A stretch of DNA of 64,000 nucleotides from a virus. Position 1 is the stretch's first letter. Every line of letters begins with the position of its first letter. Location: IMG/VR virus record IMGVR_UViG_3300025168_015970, positions 11,056-75,055 of that record; one strand, written 5' to 3'. This document shows, in pieces, positions 19,549-28,505 of this stretch. The notes under the pieces were generated by a model that had not been told where the DNA came from, did no database searches, and saw only the letters and a list, made by a program, of their open reading frames with translations. The position numbers were made by a program, and so were the translations under genes.

Positions 19549-20572
19549 CGAATTAGTACCTCAAGAGTACGTAGTAGAAAAGTTTTTTCAGTATGCAGGT
19601 TATCCTAAGTACAAGAAAATTACTAACGTATATGAAGGTGGGTGCCCTACGTGTAGAGAGGGCAAATCTTGGGGTAAGAAGCGCCGTTTATATTTTGTAG
19701 TAAAAGAGGATTATATTTTCTGTCATAATTGTGGTTGGTCTGGTTCACCAGTAAAATGGGTACAAGAAGTAACTGGGAAGAATTATGTAGAGATTGTTCA
19801 AGAATCTAAATCATTTAATTCCTTCACTGTTCCTCATTTTGAGAAAGAAAATGATTTAACTATAGCTGAGCCTCCTCCTTCTTTACCTGGAGATTGTATT
19901 AATTTATATGATAAAACTCAATGTAGTTTTTACGGTCATGAGACAATGGTAAAGCATGCAATTAGTACATGTAAGACAAGACGACTATTTACTGCAATAA
20001 ACAAACCTAAATCTCTATGGTTTTGTAGAAATGATTTTGTACATAAGAATAGAATAATAATACCATTCTATGAGGATAAAGATATTTTATTTTATCAGTC
20101 TCGTAAATTAGAAGAGAATAAAAAAGATACTAAGCCCAAATATCTATCTAAGATTGGAGCAGATAAAACTGTTTTTAATTTTGATAATATACAAAATAAA
20201 GTAGAAAATATATTTATATTTGAAGGACCTATTGATAGTTTTTTTGTAGAGAATGGAGTAGCGGTAGGAGGTATAAGTAGAGGTAGGGCTCTTTTTACTA
20301 AAAGACAAGAAAAGCAAATATCTCAAAAACCGTTTCATAAAAGAATATGGGTATTAGATAATCAATGGTGCGATACTACCGCTAAAGAAAAAACAAAGTC
20401 TTTATTAAGCCAAGGTGAGAAGTGTTTTATATGGCCTGAAGAATTTAAAACGTTTAAAGACTTTAATGATATATGTCAAAAAATAAACCGAGACTCAATT
20501 GAATCTCAGTTTATTGTAAAAAACAGTTATGATGAATTAAAAGGTAAACTCCTTCTGACTAAGATCACCTAA
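19541..20572 (+). CDS. gp61: DNA primase (gp61)
   Basis: Zinc finger CPTC...CHNC, RIIIPF, KY, FEGPIDS, KDFND. Confidence 0.93.
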   Translation: MISELVPQEYVVEKFFQYAGYPKYKKITNVYEGGCPTCREGKSWGKKRRLYFVVKEDYIFCHNCGWSGSPVKWVQEVTGKNYVEIVQESKSFNSFTVPHFEKENDLTIAEPPPSLPGDCINLYDKTQCSFYGHETMVKHAISTCKTRRLFTAINKPKSLWFCRNDFVHKNRIIIPFYEDKDILFYQSRKLEENKKDTKPKYLSKIGADKTVFNFDNIQNKVENIFIFEGPIDSFFVENGVAVGGISRGRALFTKRQEKQISQKPFHKRIWVLDNQWCDTTAKEKTKSLLSQGEKCFIWPEEFKTFKDFNDICQKINRDSIESQFIVKNSYDELKGKLLLTKIT

Positions 20573-20855
20573 ATACAATTAATTTCTTCGCATCAGCTGC
20601 AGTTGCGCATTTTACAGAAGCAAGCCGTATGTTATACGTACCAGCGGCAGTACTGGCTGGGAACTCTAAACCAGTTGTAAATGGAATCGTATGACCATAT
20701 TCGTCTACTTCATCTTCCGTTGCCATGTAGGCGGTAACAACACCAGTCAGACTAGACGTAATAATGAGCCCATCATATATACCTAGATCAATTTTATCAG
20801 TAGAATTACCAGCGCTAGCTCTTTTTGCTTCTGTATGTGTGTTACGTGTTAACAT
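20565..20855 (-). CDS. Small hypothetical protein, possibly virion-associated
   Basis: Thr/Ala-rich, beta-type composition. Confidence 0.5.
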   Translation of the reverse strand: MLTRNTHTEAKRASAGNSTDKIDLGIYDGLIITSSLTGVVTAYMATEDEVDEYGHTIPFTTGLEFPASTAAGTYNIRLASVKCATAADAKKLIVFR

Positions 20856-20867
20856 GATATATTAGTA

Positions 20868-21158
20868 TTAATTATTAATTTTAAAATCACCCGGAATTGG
20901 TTTAGATCGATTAAATCCAAAACGAATACAATGTCTGTCCCAAGCTGCTTGTAAAGCTTCCTGATCTACTGAAGTACTTTTATTTGTATTTACCGGAGTA
21001 CCAGCTTCAGCAGCAACTCGCTTCGCGAGAGCTTCTTTAGCAGCTTTCAATTCTTTTTCTTCCTCAAGAGCTTTTTGTTCTGCTTTAGCAGCTTCTGCAG
21101 ATTCTTTCTCCACAATCGCTTCTAATTCCTTTGTTGTTTTTTTAGTTGAATCAGCCAT
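20868..21158 (-). CDS. Hypothetical coiled-coil protein
   Basis: EAKA-rich helix; TAAATA upstream (21168-21173). Confidence 0.55.
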   Translation of the reverse strand: MADSTKKTTKELEAIVEKESAEAAKAEQKALEEEKELKAAKEALAKRVAAEAGTPVNTNKSTSVDQEALQAAWDRHCIRFGFNRSKPIPGDFKINN

Positions 21159-21166
21159 AGTTATAA

Positions 21167-21559
21167 TTATTTATGTTTTTCTATATAAAGGTTCTTGAAT
21201 ATTTGATTAAGACTAGCAAGTCTTTCACAGACATCTAAAATTTCACTTTTAGTAGCATCAGATACATCATCAAAGATTGTACCTGTTTTATTATCTGTTC
21301 GCAAATAACCTAAAACACTATCAGTACCACCATTCAAATACTCAATGACTTCGTCAATGTTACCGACCCATTCTTGTAACTGCTCAAGTTCATGAGCCGT
21401 GTTAGGTTGATTGTCTTGTACATCTTCGAAGTCCTCAGCATTTTCTGGTTTATCTAAGCTTCCTGCGAAAGACTGGGCATCATCCTCAGGTCCCGCATCA
21501 ATTGCTGGTACTTCATCTTCTTTTAATAAAGATAAAAATTTGTTTTTAAACTTTCCCAT
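21167..21559 (-). CDS. Acidic hypothetical protein, possible internal head protein
   Basis: N-terminus KFKNKFLSLLKE followed by an acidic region; late-promoter motif 5 nt upstream. Confidence 0.55.
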   Translation of the reverse strand: MGKFKNKFLSLLKEDEVPAIDAGPEDDAQSFAGSLDKPENAEDFEDVQDNQPNTAHELEQLQEWVGNIDEVIEYLNGGTDSVLGYLRTDNKTGTIFDDVSDATKSEILDVCERLASLNQIFKNLYIEKHK

Positions 21560-21560
21560 G

Positions 21561-21581
21561 TAAGTATTTATTAAATACTTA
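21561..21581. promoter_or_regulatory. Divergent late-promoter pair
   Basis: Inverted repeat TAAGTATTTA-T-TAAATACTTA places TAAATA on each strand between divergent ORFs. Confidence 0.7.
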
Positions 21582-21949
21582 TGATGAAAGGCATACTTTT
21601 CGAAGATTTATATATGTACACAAACAAGTACTGGAAGGACGTGAAGTCTAGACACGTTCGACCAACTACAAAAACTCTTGCTGACATCGCGAAAGCCAGT
21701 CCAGAAACCTACAATAAAGTAAAGGCTACCCTAGTACCGTTTCCAGGAGATCACGCGGTAGAACAATTAGGATCAGCGTTTAAGAGTATATCTGACGCTA
21801 CCAATCTTTTAAATCAATTATTCGAAAACCCTACAGTTACTTCGGATGAAAAAACTCAGGTATCTGTAAATAATAAGTTGCAAAAAATTCAGGATCTTAT
21901 AAAATCGGTAGCTGACGATTTAGATCATGATGGCACAAATAATTCGTAG
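21581..21949 (+). CDS. Hypothetical protein
   Basis: Intact ORF after late-promoter motif. Confidence 0.55.
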   Translation: MMKGILFEDLYMYTNKYWKDVKSRHVRPTTKTLADIAKASPETYNKVKATLVPFPGDHAVEQLGSAFKSISDATNLLNQLFENPTVTSDEKTQVSVNNKLQKIQDLIKSVADDLDHDGTNNS

Positions 21950-22313
21950 TTTAATTTTCCTTATAGTAATTTCAAGTAGTATAGGAGGTATATATTATTT
22001 CTTTTACCCTACTATACCTTCTTTCATAAAAGCTACTATTTTAACAGCAGCTTTACAAATAATATTTTTTATATTGTATAATAATATTCTTAGATATATA
22101 GCTCGCTTACAATTAGAAAAAGAAGCATTATTAGCTGCGCAATTAGCAGCTAAAAATACAGTACTTATAGAGTGTCAAGGTTGTAAAAAAGTGAATAATG
22201 TTGATATAGATCTATCAATAGAAAATGATTTTACGTGTACGTGTGGAGCAGAGAATAATGTACTAATTGATATAACTTCAATATTACCAACAAATATAAT
22301 ATATGACAAATAA
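21927..22313 (+). CDS. Membrane protein with two TM segments and a C-terminal Cys cluster
   Basis: Two hydrophobic stretches; CQGC...CTC zinc-ribbon-like motif. Confidence 0.6.
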   Translation: MMAQIIRSLIFLIVISSSIGGIYYFFYPTIPSFIKATILTAALQIIFFILYNNILRYIARLQLEKEALLAAQLAAKNTVLIECQGCKKVNNVDIDLSIENDFTCTCGAENNVLIDITSILPTNIIYDK

Positions 22314-22542
22314 CACAACGACGGACTACTCACCACTCGCGAGGTGGTTATGCTTATATGAAGCAGTAAATATTATTTCTGAAAAAGCAGAAAAAATGGG
22401 ACATAATAAGGATTGTTTAAAACCTATTCCTATAAACAAATATATAAGTGAGAGGTTTCATTCAGTATTGAAGGATATAGAATACGAATATAAACAAGAA
22501 CCAGAAACTATTAATAGTAGTCCCCGTATACATCATCGTTAG
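22303..22542 (+). CDS. Hypothetical protein
   Basis: Coupled ORF. Confidence 0.5.
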   Translation: MTNNTTTDYSPLARWLCLYEAVNIISEKAEKMGHNKDCLKPIPINKYISERFHSVLKDIEYEYKQEPETINSSPRIHHR

Positions 22543-23245
22543 AACCATAATCAAAATATGATTCCTGTTCGGTATCTAAGTCATTTATATAATCAGTTTC
22601 AATAGCAGTTAAAGGACCAACACCTGAAGTATCTGAAACCATAGTAGACTTAGCTTCAGCGTCCATACCTGGTAAGAAGGTATGGTCGTTTCTTCTGGCT
22701 TTTAATTTAAATACATAGTGCCCTTGTAATGGATTTATTTCATTAATCATCTCATCCATCCGTTCGGTGACTTCGAATATTTTACCGTTTTTACCGCCGG
22801 GTCGATCTATAGAACCATATTCAATTAATTGAAATGCATCTCCTGATTTAGGCATGGCTGCAGATACAGAACCAAACGTTGATGATAAATTTTCTTGAAA
22901 AGTACTAATATCAATTACAGCATCTATTTCATCGTCTGACACGAGACCATATTGAGAGTAAGTAAGAGAACCATCAGTCAAATTCATTAACATAACAAAT
23001 GTAGCTTTTGGATGGTATCCTTGATGAGTATTTTCTCCGTATACTTTATCGGTTGCACTTAACTCAAAATTCCGGGAATAATAATCTATCTCAGTACCAT
23101 ATAAGCGGATTTGTTCTTTCCACCAAACTTTATATGTCTGATCTCTCTCATTAGTACCGTTTAATTTATAATTAAAACGAGTAGTATTTTCTGCATCCTC
23201 ATAATACTTTATAGCACTAATAGTTGTTGTGAGAAAAGCTCCCAT
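22511..23245 (-). CDS. gp14: Neck protein (gp14-like)
   Basis: EQIRLYGTEIDYYSR, YGE, SQYGL..DE, P.sGD, IFEV motifs of the gp14 family. Confidence 0.75.
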   Translation of the reverse strand: MGAFLTTTISAIKYYEDAENTTRFNYKLNGTNERDQTYKVWWKEQIRLYGTEIDYYSRNFELSATDKVYGENTHQGYHPKATFVMLMNLTDGSLTYSQYGLVSDDEIDAVIDISTFQENLSSTFGSVSAAMPKSGDAFQLIEYGSIDRPGGKNGKIFEVTERMDEMINEINPLQGHYVFKLKARRNDHTFLPGMDAEAKSTMVSDTSGVGPLTAIETDYINDLDTEQESYFDYGSNDDVYGDYY

Positions 23246-23583
23246 TATTTTTTAATATAATATTTGTTATCAGCAATATAAAATGTTATACCAGTGTTAC
23301 CTAAATTACGAGAACCTCTTTTTTCAAGGTCTGTAATTTTAAATAGTTCTTTTATTATTTGTACTTCTTTATCACTTAACAAAAACATCCCAGACTCCAT
23401 TTTTTTAAGTTGTTTTAATTTATGTGGATAATTAGCTTCTGCTCTATGAACATCTGGTAATAGGTTCATCTTACCCCCTTTTCGCCCTTGTAAACCAGTA
23501 GATCCTTTGAAACGTCTACTATTTAACACATTTTTTGTCTTATGAGGCTGTCTAAGAAGTTCTAGAAATATCTTTTTAAACAT
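23245..23583 (-). CDS. Basic hypothetical protein
   Basis: TAAATA 6 nt upstream; coupled to gp14. Confidence 0.55.
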   Translation of the reverse strand: MFKKIFLELLRQPHKTKNVLNSRRFKGSTGLQGRKGGKMNLLPDVHRAEANYPHKLKQLKKMESGMFLLSDKEVQIIKELFKITDLEKRGSRNLGNTGITFYIADNKYYIKK

Positions 23584-23597
23584 TTTAATTATTTAAT

Positions 23598-23624
23598 AAA
23601 AAAAGCCCCCTGCAAGCAAGGGGC
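23598..23624 (-). terminator. Rho-independent terminator
   Basis: Minus strand GCCCCTTGC-TT-GCAGGGGGC then T7. Confidence 0.75.
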
Positions 23625-23652
23625 CCTTTAAAGGTATTGTTATATTTATCGG

Positions 23653-24615
23653 TTACACTGCTTGCTTACCAGGCTTACCTGCGTTCTTAGCATGACCTGG
23701 CTTCTTACCTTCACCAGTATCTTTACCACCGTCGATTTCATCGGTAACAGGTTGCGAGCCATCACCAGAAGATTTTCCACCTAGACCATCTTCATGAGCT
23801 TTAGCAGTTATACCGCCACCATCAGATGGATCAACTCCAGGTTTACTACCGTCTTTAGTGTGGGTTGTGTCTTCTTGAAAATTTTCATCTTCAGTATCAG
23901 CTAGTGGGTCTTCGTCTCCAACATCACCAGCTTCTTCTTCATCGTCACCTCCACCGAGTTGATCGATAATTGCTCTCAAGCAATCTGCTTGATCTGCTGT
24001 TAATGTAACTGTAACGTCTCCGCCTTCTTCTGAACCAGCGTCGTCGCCCATATCAAGACCGTCATCATCACCTGGGATACCAAGTTCAAAATCGTCGTCT
24101 TCTCCCATTACGCTCTCATAGAGCTTGTCAAATATTGATTTATCTTCCGACATAATATTACCTTTGTTAGAATTATTTATACTCTCCTTAGCCAATTTCT
24201 CCTCTTTCTTAGTCTTTTTTTCCTCTCCAGCATCTCCTGCTTCAACAGGTTCCTGTAATTCTCCTTTAACATCTCCAACATCCTTACTAACATCATCAGC
24301 TTTTACTTCGTCTTTTGGGCGCTGGTCTGTAGCTTTTTCTTGAATAACTCCTGTACCATTACACTTCGTACAGTCTTCTTCTCCATGCTTACCTGTACCA
24401 TTACAGTGATCACATTTTACTTCTTCTGAAGTTTCTTTAGTATCTTTCTTTTTTAAAGCTTTTTTCGCCAAACTAACTGCAGCAGCTCTACCTACTGCTT
24501 TAGCTGCTCCAACACCAAGCGCTACTAATGGCGCTGCTTCATTTACAGGCTCTTTAACGGCCTTTTGGGTAGCCGCATAGGCCTCATTAATAGAGAGTAA
24601 ATCTTTATCGGTCAT
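23653..24615 (-). CDS. Acidic low-complexity protein with DnaJ-type CxxCxGxG pair; possible scaffold/internal head protein
   Basis: CDHCNGTG and CTKCNGTG repeats, D/E/G-rich, several [ILVF]xE sites. Confidence 0.6.
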   Translation of the reverse strand: MTDKDLLSINEAYAATQKAVKEPVNEAAPLVALGVGAAKAVGRAAAVSLAKKALKKKDTKETSEEVKCDHCNGTGKHGEEDCTKCNGTGVIQEKATDQRPKDEVKADDVSKDVGDVKGELQEPVEAGDAGEEKKTKKEEKLAKESINNSNKGNIMSEDKSIFDKLYESVMGEDDDFELGIPGDDDGLDMGDDAGSEEGGDVTVTLTADQADCLRAIIDQLGGGDDEEEAGDVGDEDPLADTEDENFQEDTTHTKDGSKPGVDPSDGGGITAKAHEDGLGGKSSGDGSQPVTDEIDGGKDTGEGKKPGHAKNAGKPGKQAV

Positions 24616-24616
24616 G

Positions 24617-24628
24617 TAAATATTTATA
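24617..24628. promoter_or_regulatory. Bidirectional overlapping late promoter
   Basis: Palindrome TAAATATTTA in the 13-nt gap between ATG 24615(-) and GTG 24629(+); the minus strand reads full TATAAATA. Confidence 0.75.
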
Positions 24629-26335
24629 GTGCCGAGGCAAAAAAAAGAAGATAAATTTTATTTAGGTAATAAAAACTTACCTAACGCTAATATGGAGTTC
24701 GAATGGACTCCTGAGATGGTAAAAGATCTCAAAAAAGCAAAACAAAATATTTTACACTTCGCTGAGAACTTTTTTTATATTGTAAATTTAGATCAAGGTA
24801 AAATAAAAATAGACTTATACCCTTGTCAGAAAAGAGTTTTACGTAGTTTAAGAGATAATAGATTTGTAGCTTGTCTTGCTTCAAGACAGACCGGTAAAAC
24901 TACAATGATGACAATCTACGCTCTTTGGATCGCATGCTTTCAACAAGATCAACGTATATTAATTGTAGCTAACAAAGAACAAACTGCTATTAATATATTT
25001 TCAAGAATAAGAACTGCTTACGAAAAATTACCTAACTTCTTAAAACCAGGAGTATTAGAATACGGCAAAACTTCTATGAAGTTAGCAAACGGTAGTAGTA
25101 TTGGAATCAGTACTACGAGTTCGGACGCTGGTCGTGGTGAATCTGTTAATGTTTTAATTCTAGATGAGCTTGCGTTCATCCCTAATAATCTAGTTGATAG
25201 TTTTTGGAAATCTGTTTACCCTATTATTTCAAGTTCAAAAAAATCTAAAATATTCGTTGCTTCAACCCCTAATGGGAGTAATAATTTATTTTTTCATTTG
25301 TACACTGATGCTATTAACGGGAAGAGCAATTGGAGAGGTGAGAAAATATTATGGGATGAAATTCCTGGGAGAGATGAAGAATGGAAACGAGATACTATAC
25401 AGTCGATAGGTAGTACAGAAGCCTTTGCGCAAGAGTTTGAATGCAAGTTTCTTGATACTGGCGACTCTTTTATTGATGAATCGTTTTACGCCAAGCTAAC
25501 AAGTGAGACAAAGGTACCAACTCATTTGTTTGATGATGGTTGTTATAGTGTTTGGGATGAACCAAATAAAGAACATTTATATACTATAGGTGTTGATGTT
25601 GCAGAAGGAGTTCAACAAAATTATAGCGCTATACAAGTATTAGATATTACTGACTTACAAAACATAACTCAAGTAGCAGAGTATGCTAGCAATGAAATTA
25701 ACCCATTTGAGTTTACTACTAAAGTAAGAGATATTTGTTATCATTGGGGAACCCCTCCTGTATGTATAGAAAGAAACAATTGTGGTGGTCAGGTTGTAGA
25801 TAATTTATATCACCAATACAATTACAAAAATATTGTTAATTATTCCCCTAAAGTTGGTCAAGTTAAATATGACAGGCTTGGTATTTATGCTCATACTAAT
25901 ACAAAATATAAAGGTATTACTAATATGAGATACTGGGTAAATGAACTTAAATGTGTTCATTTAAAATCTACAGCTGCAGTAGAAGAACTTAAGAATTTCG
26001 TAAGATATCCTAATGGTTCTTGGGCGGCCCAACCTGGGTTTGATTTTGATGACAGGGTTATGTCTTTAGTATGGGCCTTATTAATATTAGAAAATAGTGT
26101 AGTACAAAGATATTATAATGTATTAGAAATAGATGATAATCAACGACCTGCAAAGTTAGAGTTAGGAGCATATATAGATCAAAAGTTTAGTAATTTTCTA
26201 CAAGACTATAAAATGCAGAATATAGATGATTCATGGAATCCCGCGCCAGTTTACTTTGAAGACATAAATATTTTTGGCGACGGTGACCTAACTGATATGG
26301 ATTTATTAGAACAAGAAGGGTATGTTAAATTATGA
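24629..26335 (+). CDS. gp17: Terminase large subunit (gp17)
   Basis: SRQTGKT Walker A, LILDELAF Walker B, ASTPNG, QEFEC, GVDVAEG, DDRVM. Confidence 0.96.
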   Translation: MPRQKKEDKFYLGNKNLPNANMEFEWTPEMVKDLKKAKQNILHFAENFFYIVNLDQGKIKIDLYPCQKRVLRSLRDNRFVACLASRQTGKTTMMTIYALWIACFQQDQRILIVANKEQTAINIFSRIRTAYEKLPNFLKPGVLEYGKTSMKLANGSSIGISTTSSDAGRGESVNVLILDELAFIPNNLVDSFWKSVYPIISSSKKSKIFVASTPNGSNNLFFHLYTDAINGKSNWRGEKILWDEIPGRDEEWKRDTIQSIGSTEAFAQEFECKFLDTGDSFIDESFYAKLTSETKVPTHLFDDGCYSVWDEPNKEHLYTIGVDVAEGVQQNYSAIQVLDITDLQNITQVAEYASNEINPFEFTTKVRDICYHWGTPPVCIERNNCGGQVVDNLYHQYNYKNIVNYSPKVGQVKYDRLGIYAHTNTKYKGITNMRYWVNELKCVHLKSTAAVEELKNFVRYPNGSWAAQPGFDFDDRVMSLVWALLILENSVVQRYYNVLEIDDNQRPAKLELGAYIDQKFSNFLQDYKMQNIDDSWNPAPVYFEDINIFGDGDLTDMDLLEQEGYVKL

Positions 26336-26901
26336 ATCAAGCACCACAGAATAAAAATAGACAAGATAAATTTATTTTAGTTTTAAATGTACCAGAAGGT
26401 ATAAAAGAAATTACAGATAATGTAGATAGAAATACTAACCGTATACATGCTAATAGTTTGGAAATTAGTATTGCAGGTACTGTGACTCCATCTATTAGTG
26501 TACCAGAACAAACCTTACCATATGGTGCGCAAAGTATTAAAATAAGTTCACATGCTCGCCCGGCTTATGGGTCATTAAATTTACAATTTAGAATTGATAA
26601 CGAATATAAAAACTACTGGGCTATATTTAAATGGTTAGATGTAATTAATGATGTAAAGACTGGTACTGTTAATGCAGATGAAATTATTGCCTACCAAAAA
26701 CCAGGAACTGTGTTACCAATATATTCTTCCAATTTAACAGTTTATGGTTTAGATGAATATGATAATAGAAAAATTCAATGGGATTATATTGGAGCATTTC
26801 CAACCCAATTGTCTGAAATACAATGGGACTATAATAGTGAATCTGAAATTGCAGCAACCGCTACGTTTGAATTTACAAGACTAGAATCTAAATTAATTTA
26901 A
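26332..26901 (+). CDS. Tail-tube-family protein (gp3/gp19-like)
   Basis: YGSL...F.IDN.Y.NY..IF.W, GAFPT.L and ATF.F motifs. Confidence 0.7.
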   Translation: MNQAPQNKNRQDKFILVLNVPEGIKEITDNVDRNTNRIHANSLEISIAGTVTPSISVPEQTLPYGAQSIKISSHARPAYGSLNLQFRIDNEYKNYWAIFKWLDVINDVKTGTVNADEIIAYQKPGTVLPIYSSNLTVYGLDEYDNRKIQWDYIGAFPTQLSEIQWDYNSESEIAATATFEFTRLESKLI

Positions 26902-27131
26902 TCTCCGTCCTTACCGATTGCTTCAACAGGACAATTTTCCATAGCTGTCACACAATCAGCATGTTGTTCATCATTTTCTGGTTGTTTGAAGACATATGAA
27001 TATCCTTCTTCTTTTTGACGAGTAAAATTATTAGGAGCTTCTTCTCTACATAGATCGCAGTCTATACAGTCTTCATCTACGTAATATTGACCAGAAACAT
27101 TTTCAGGGTGTTTAGCGTCTTTATCAGCCAT
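26898..27131 (-). CDS. Single-cluster [4Fe-4S] ferredoxin
   Basis: CIDCDLC...CPVEAI. Confidence 0.92.
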   Translation of the reverse strand: MADKDAKHPENVSGQYYVDEDCIDCDLCREEAPNNFTRQKEEGYSYVFKQPENDEQHADCVTAMENCPVEAIGKDGD

Positions 27132-27139
27132 AAGTGTAA

Positions 27140-27370
27140 TTACTTATCTATTAAAAATTTATCCACAGTAAATTTGAAGGAGAAAAAACCACAGGCAAAC
27201 AAACTCATAAAAATAAGAATATTAAACCAAGCTTGAGATTGTAAGCTATCAGGGTTTATATTAGTATTACCTGTAGCAGCCATAAAGATACCTATAACAA
27301 AACCAGTACCAAATAAACTGGCTATAACTAACACGATAAATAATGCATATGCTTTAATATATTCTTTCAT
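27140..27370 (-). CDS. Small two-TM membrane protein
   Basis: Two hydrophobic helices. Confidence 0.6.
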   Translation of the reverse strand: MKEYIKAYALFIVLVIASLFGTGFVIGIFMAATGNTNINPDSLQSQAWFNILIFMSLFACGFFSFKFTVDKFLIDK

Positions 27371-27381
27371 AATTTTTTAGG

Positions 27382-27471
27382 TTACACTAAGTACTTGGCT
27401 GCAAGCAAACAATTTAATATTACAACTCCTAATATAACGATACCCCATATAATTTTCTGTTTTTTACTCAT
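27382..27471 (-). CDS. 29-aa single-TM peptide (MSKKQKIIWGIVILGVVILNCLLAAKYLV)
   Basis: Manual translation; fills the operon gap; basic N-terminus plus hydrophobic helix. Confidence 0.45.
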   Translation of the reverse strand: MSKKQKIIWGIVILGVVILNCLLAAKYLV

Positions 27472-27472
27472 A

Positions 27473-27553
27473 TTAATCTAGATACGCTATTAGTATCATA
27501 AAAACAACAATCGCTACTGCTTCTTTATACGTCAAGCAGATATGATCGTTCAT
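27473..27553 (-). CDS. 26-aa hydrophobic peptide (MNDHICLTYKEAVAIVVFMILIAYLD)
   Basis: Manual translation; tightly packed between rmlA and the next ORF. Confidence 0.4.
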   Translation of the reverse strand: MNDHICLTYKEAVAIVVFMILIAYLD

Positions 27554-27561
27554 ATTATTAC

Positions 27562-28422
27562 TTAACCCCAAAAGTAACTCATTGCAACGTTTGTCTTATA
27601 AGAACAGTCAGGCATTTTTTTAACAATTTTTTTAAATTCTTCTTCTGTAATATTTCCTTGCCTCCAAGATTCTCCTTCAATACAACCTATCATTGAGTTA
27701 GTTCTCTCCTGAATAGACTTTACATACATAGAAGCAGCAAACATCTCATCTGGATTACCAGTATCAAACCATGCGTAATTGCTATCTAATCGAGTATGAG
27801 TTAATTCTCCGTCATTTAAGTAACTCTTATTTAAATCTGTTATTTCTAATTCCCCTCTAGCTGATGGTTTTAATGCTCTTGCTCTCTCTCCTGCAGTATC
27901 ATCATAGAAGTAAATACCAGTAACTGCGTCATTACTGAGTGGAGAATCTGGCTTTTCTTCAATAGAAATTACTTTATCTGAATCATCTACTTTAATTACA
28001 CCATAATCTGATGGATTAGATACTCTGTAACTTACTACTCCAGCTCCATATTTTATATTAGGTTTCTTAATACCAGTGAAAATATTATCCCCTAAAATTA
28101 AACAAACATCATCTGAACCTTGCCATTTTTCTGCTATAATAAGAGCCTCAGCAATACCCTTTGGAGTTACTTGAACCTTGAAAGTAAAATTAATACCAAG
28201 ATAAGCCTTAATAGTACTAGTTTGATTAAAGAGACTACACAAGCTCGAATACGCCAAGCCGTTTGTTACAATCATTATATCAGTTATACCTAATTTTATT
28301 AAAGTAGTAAGCGGATAATAAATTGTAGGTTTATCATAAACCGGTAGTAGTTGTTTGGAAGTAGTTTTAGTACTCGGATATACTCGAGAGCCTGTACCCC
28401 CAGCTAAGATAATTCCCTTCAT
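27562..28422 (-). CDS. rmlA: Glucose-1-phosphate thymidylyltransferase
   Basis: GIILAGGTGSR, SKQLLPVYDKP, LGDN, EEKP, SARGELEITD, WFDTG. Confidence 0.95.
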   Translation of the reverse strand: MKGIILAGGTGSRVYPSTKTTSKQLLPVYDKPTIYYPLTTLIKLGITDIMIVTNGLAYSSLCSLFNQTSTIKAYLGINFTFKVQVTPKGIAEALIIAEKWQGSDDVCLILGDNIFTGIKKPNIKYGAGVVSYRVSNPSDYGVIKVDDSDKVISIEEKPDSPLSNDAVTGIYFYDDTAGERARALKPSARGELEITDLNKSYLNDGELTHTRLDSNYAWFDTGNPDEMFAASMYVKSIQERTNSMIGCIEGESWRQGNITEEEFKKIVKKMPDCSYKTNVAMSYFWG

Positions 28423-28505
28423 GTATTTATATTATAACGCCTATTTTAACAATTCAACTAATTTATTAAGCTGGAAATCAATAAATAATTGTAAAGGTAT
28501 ACAAT

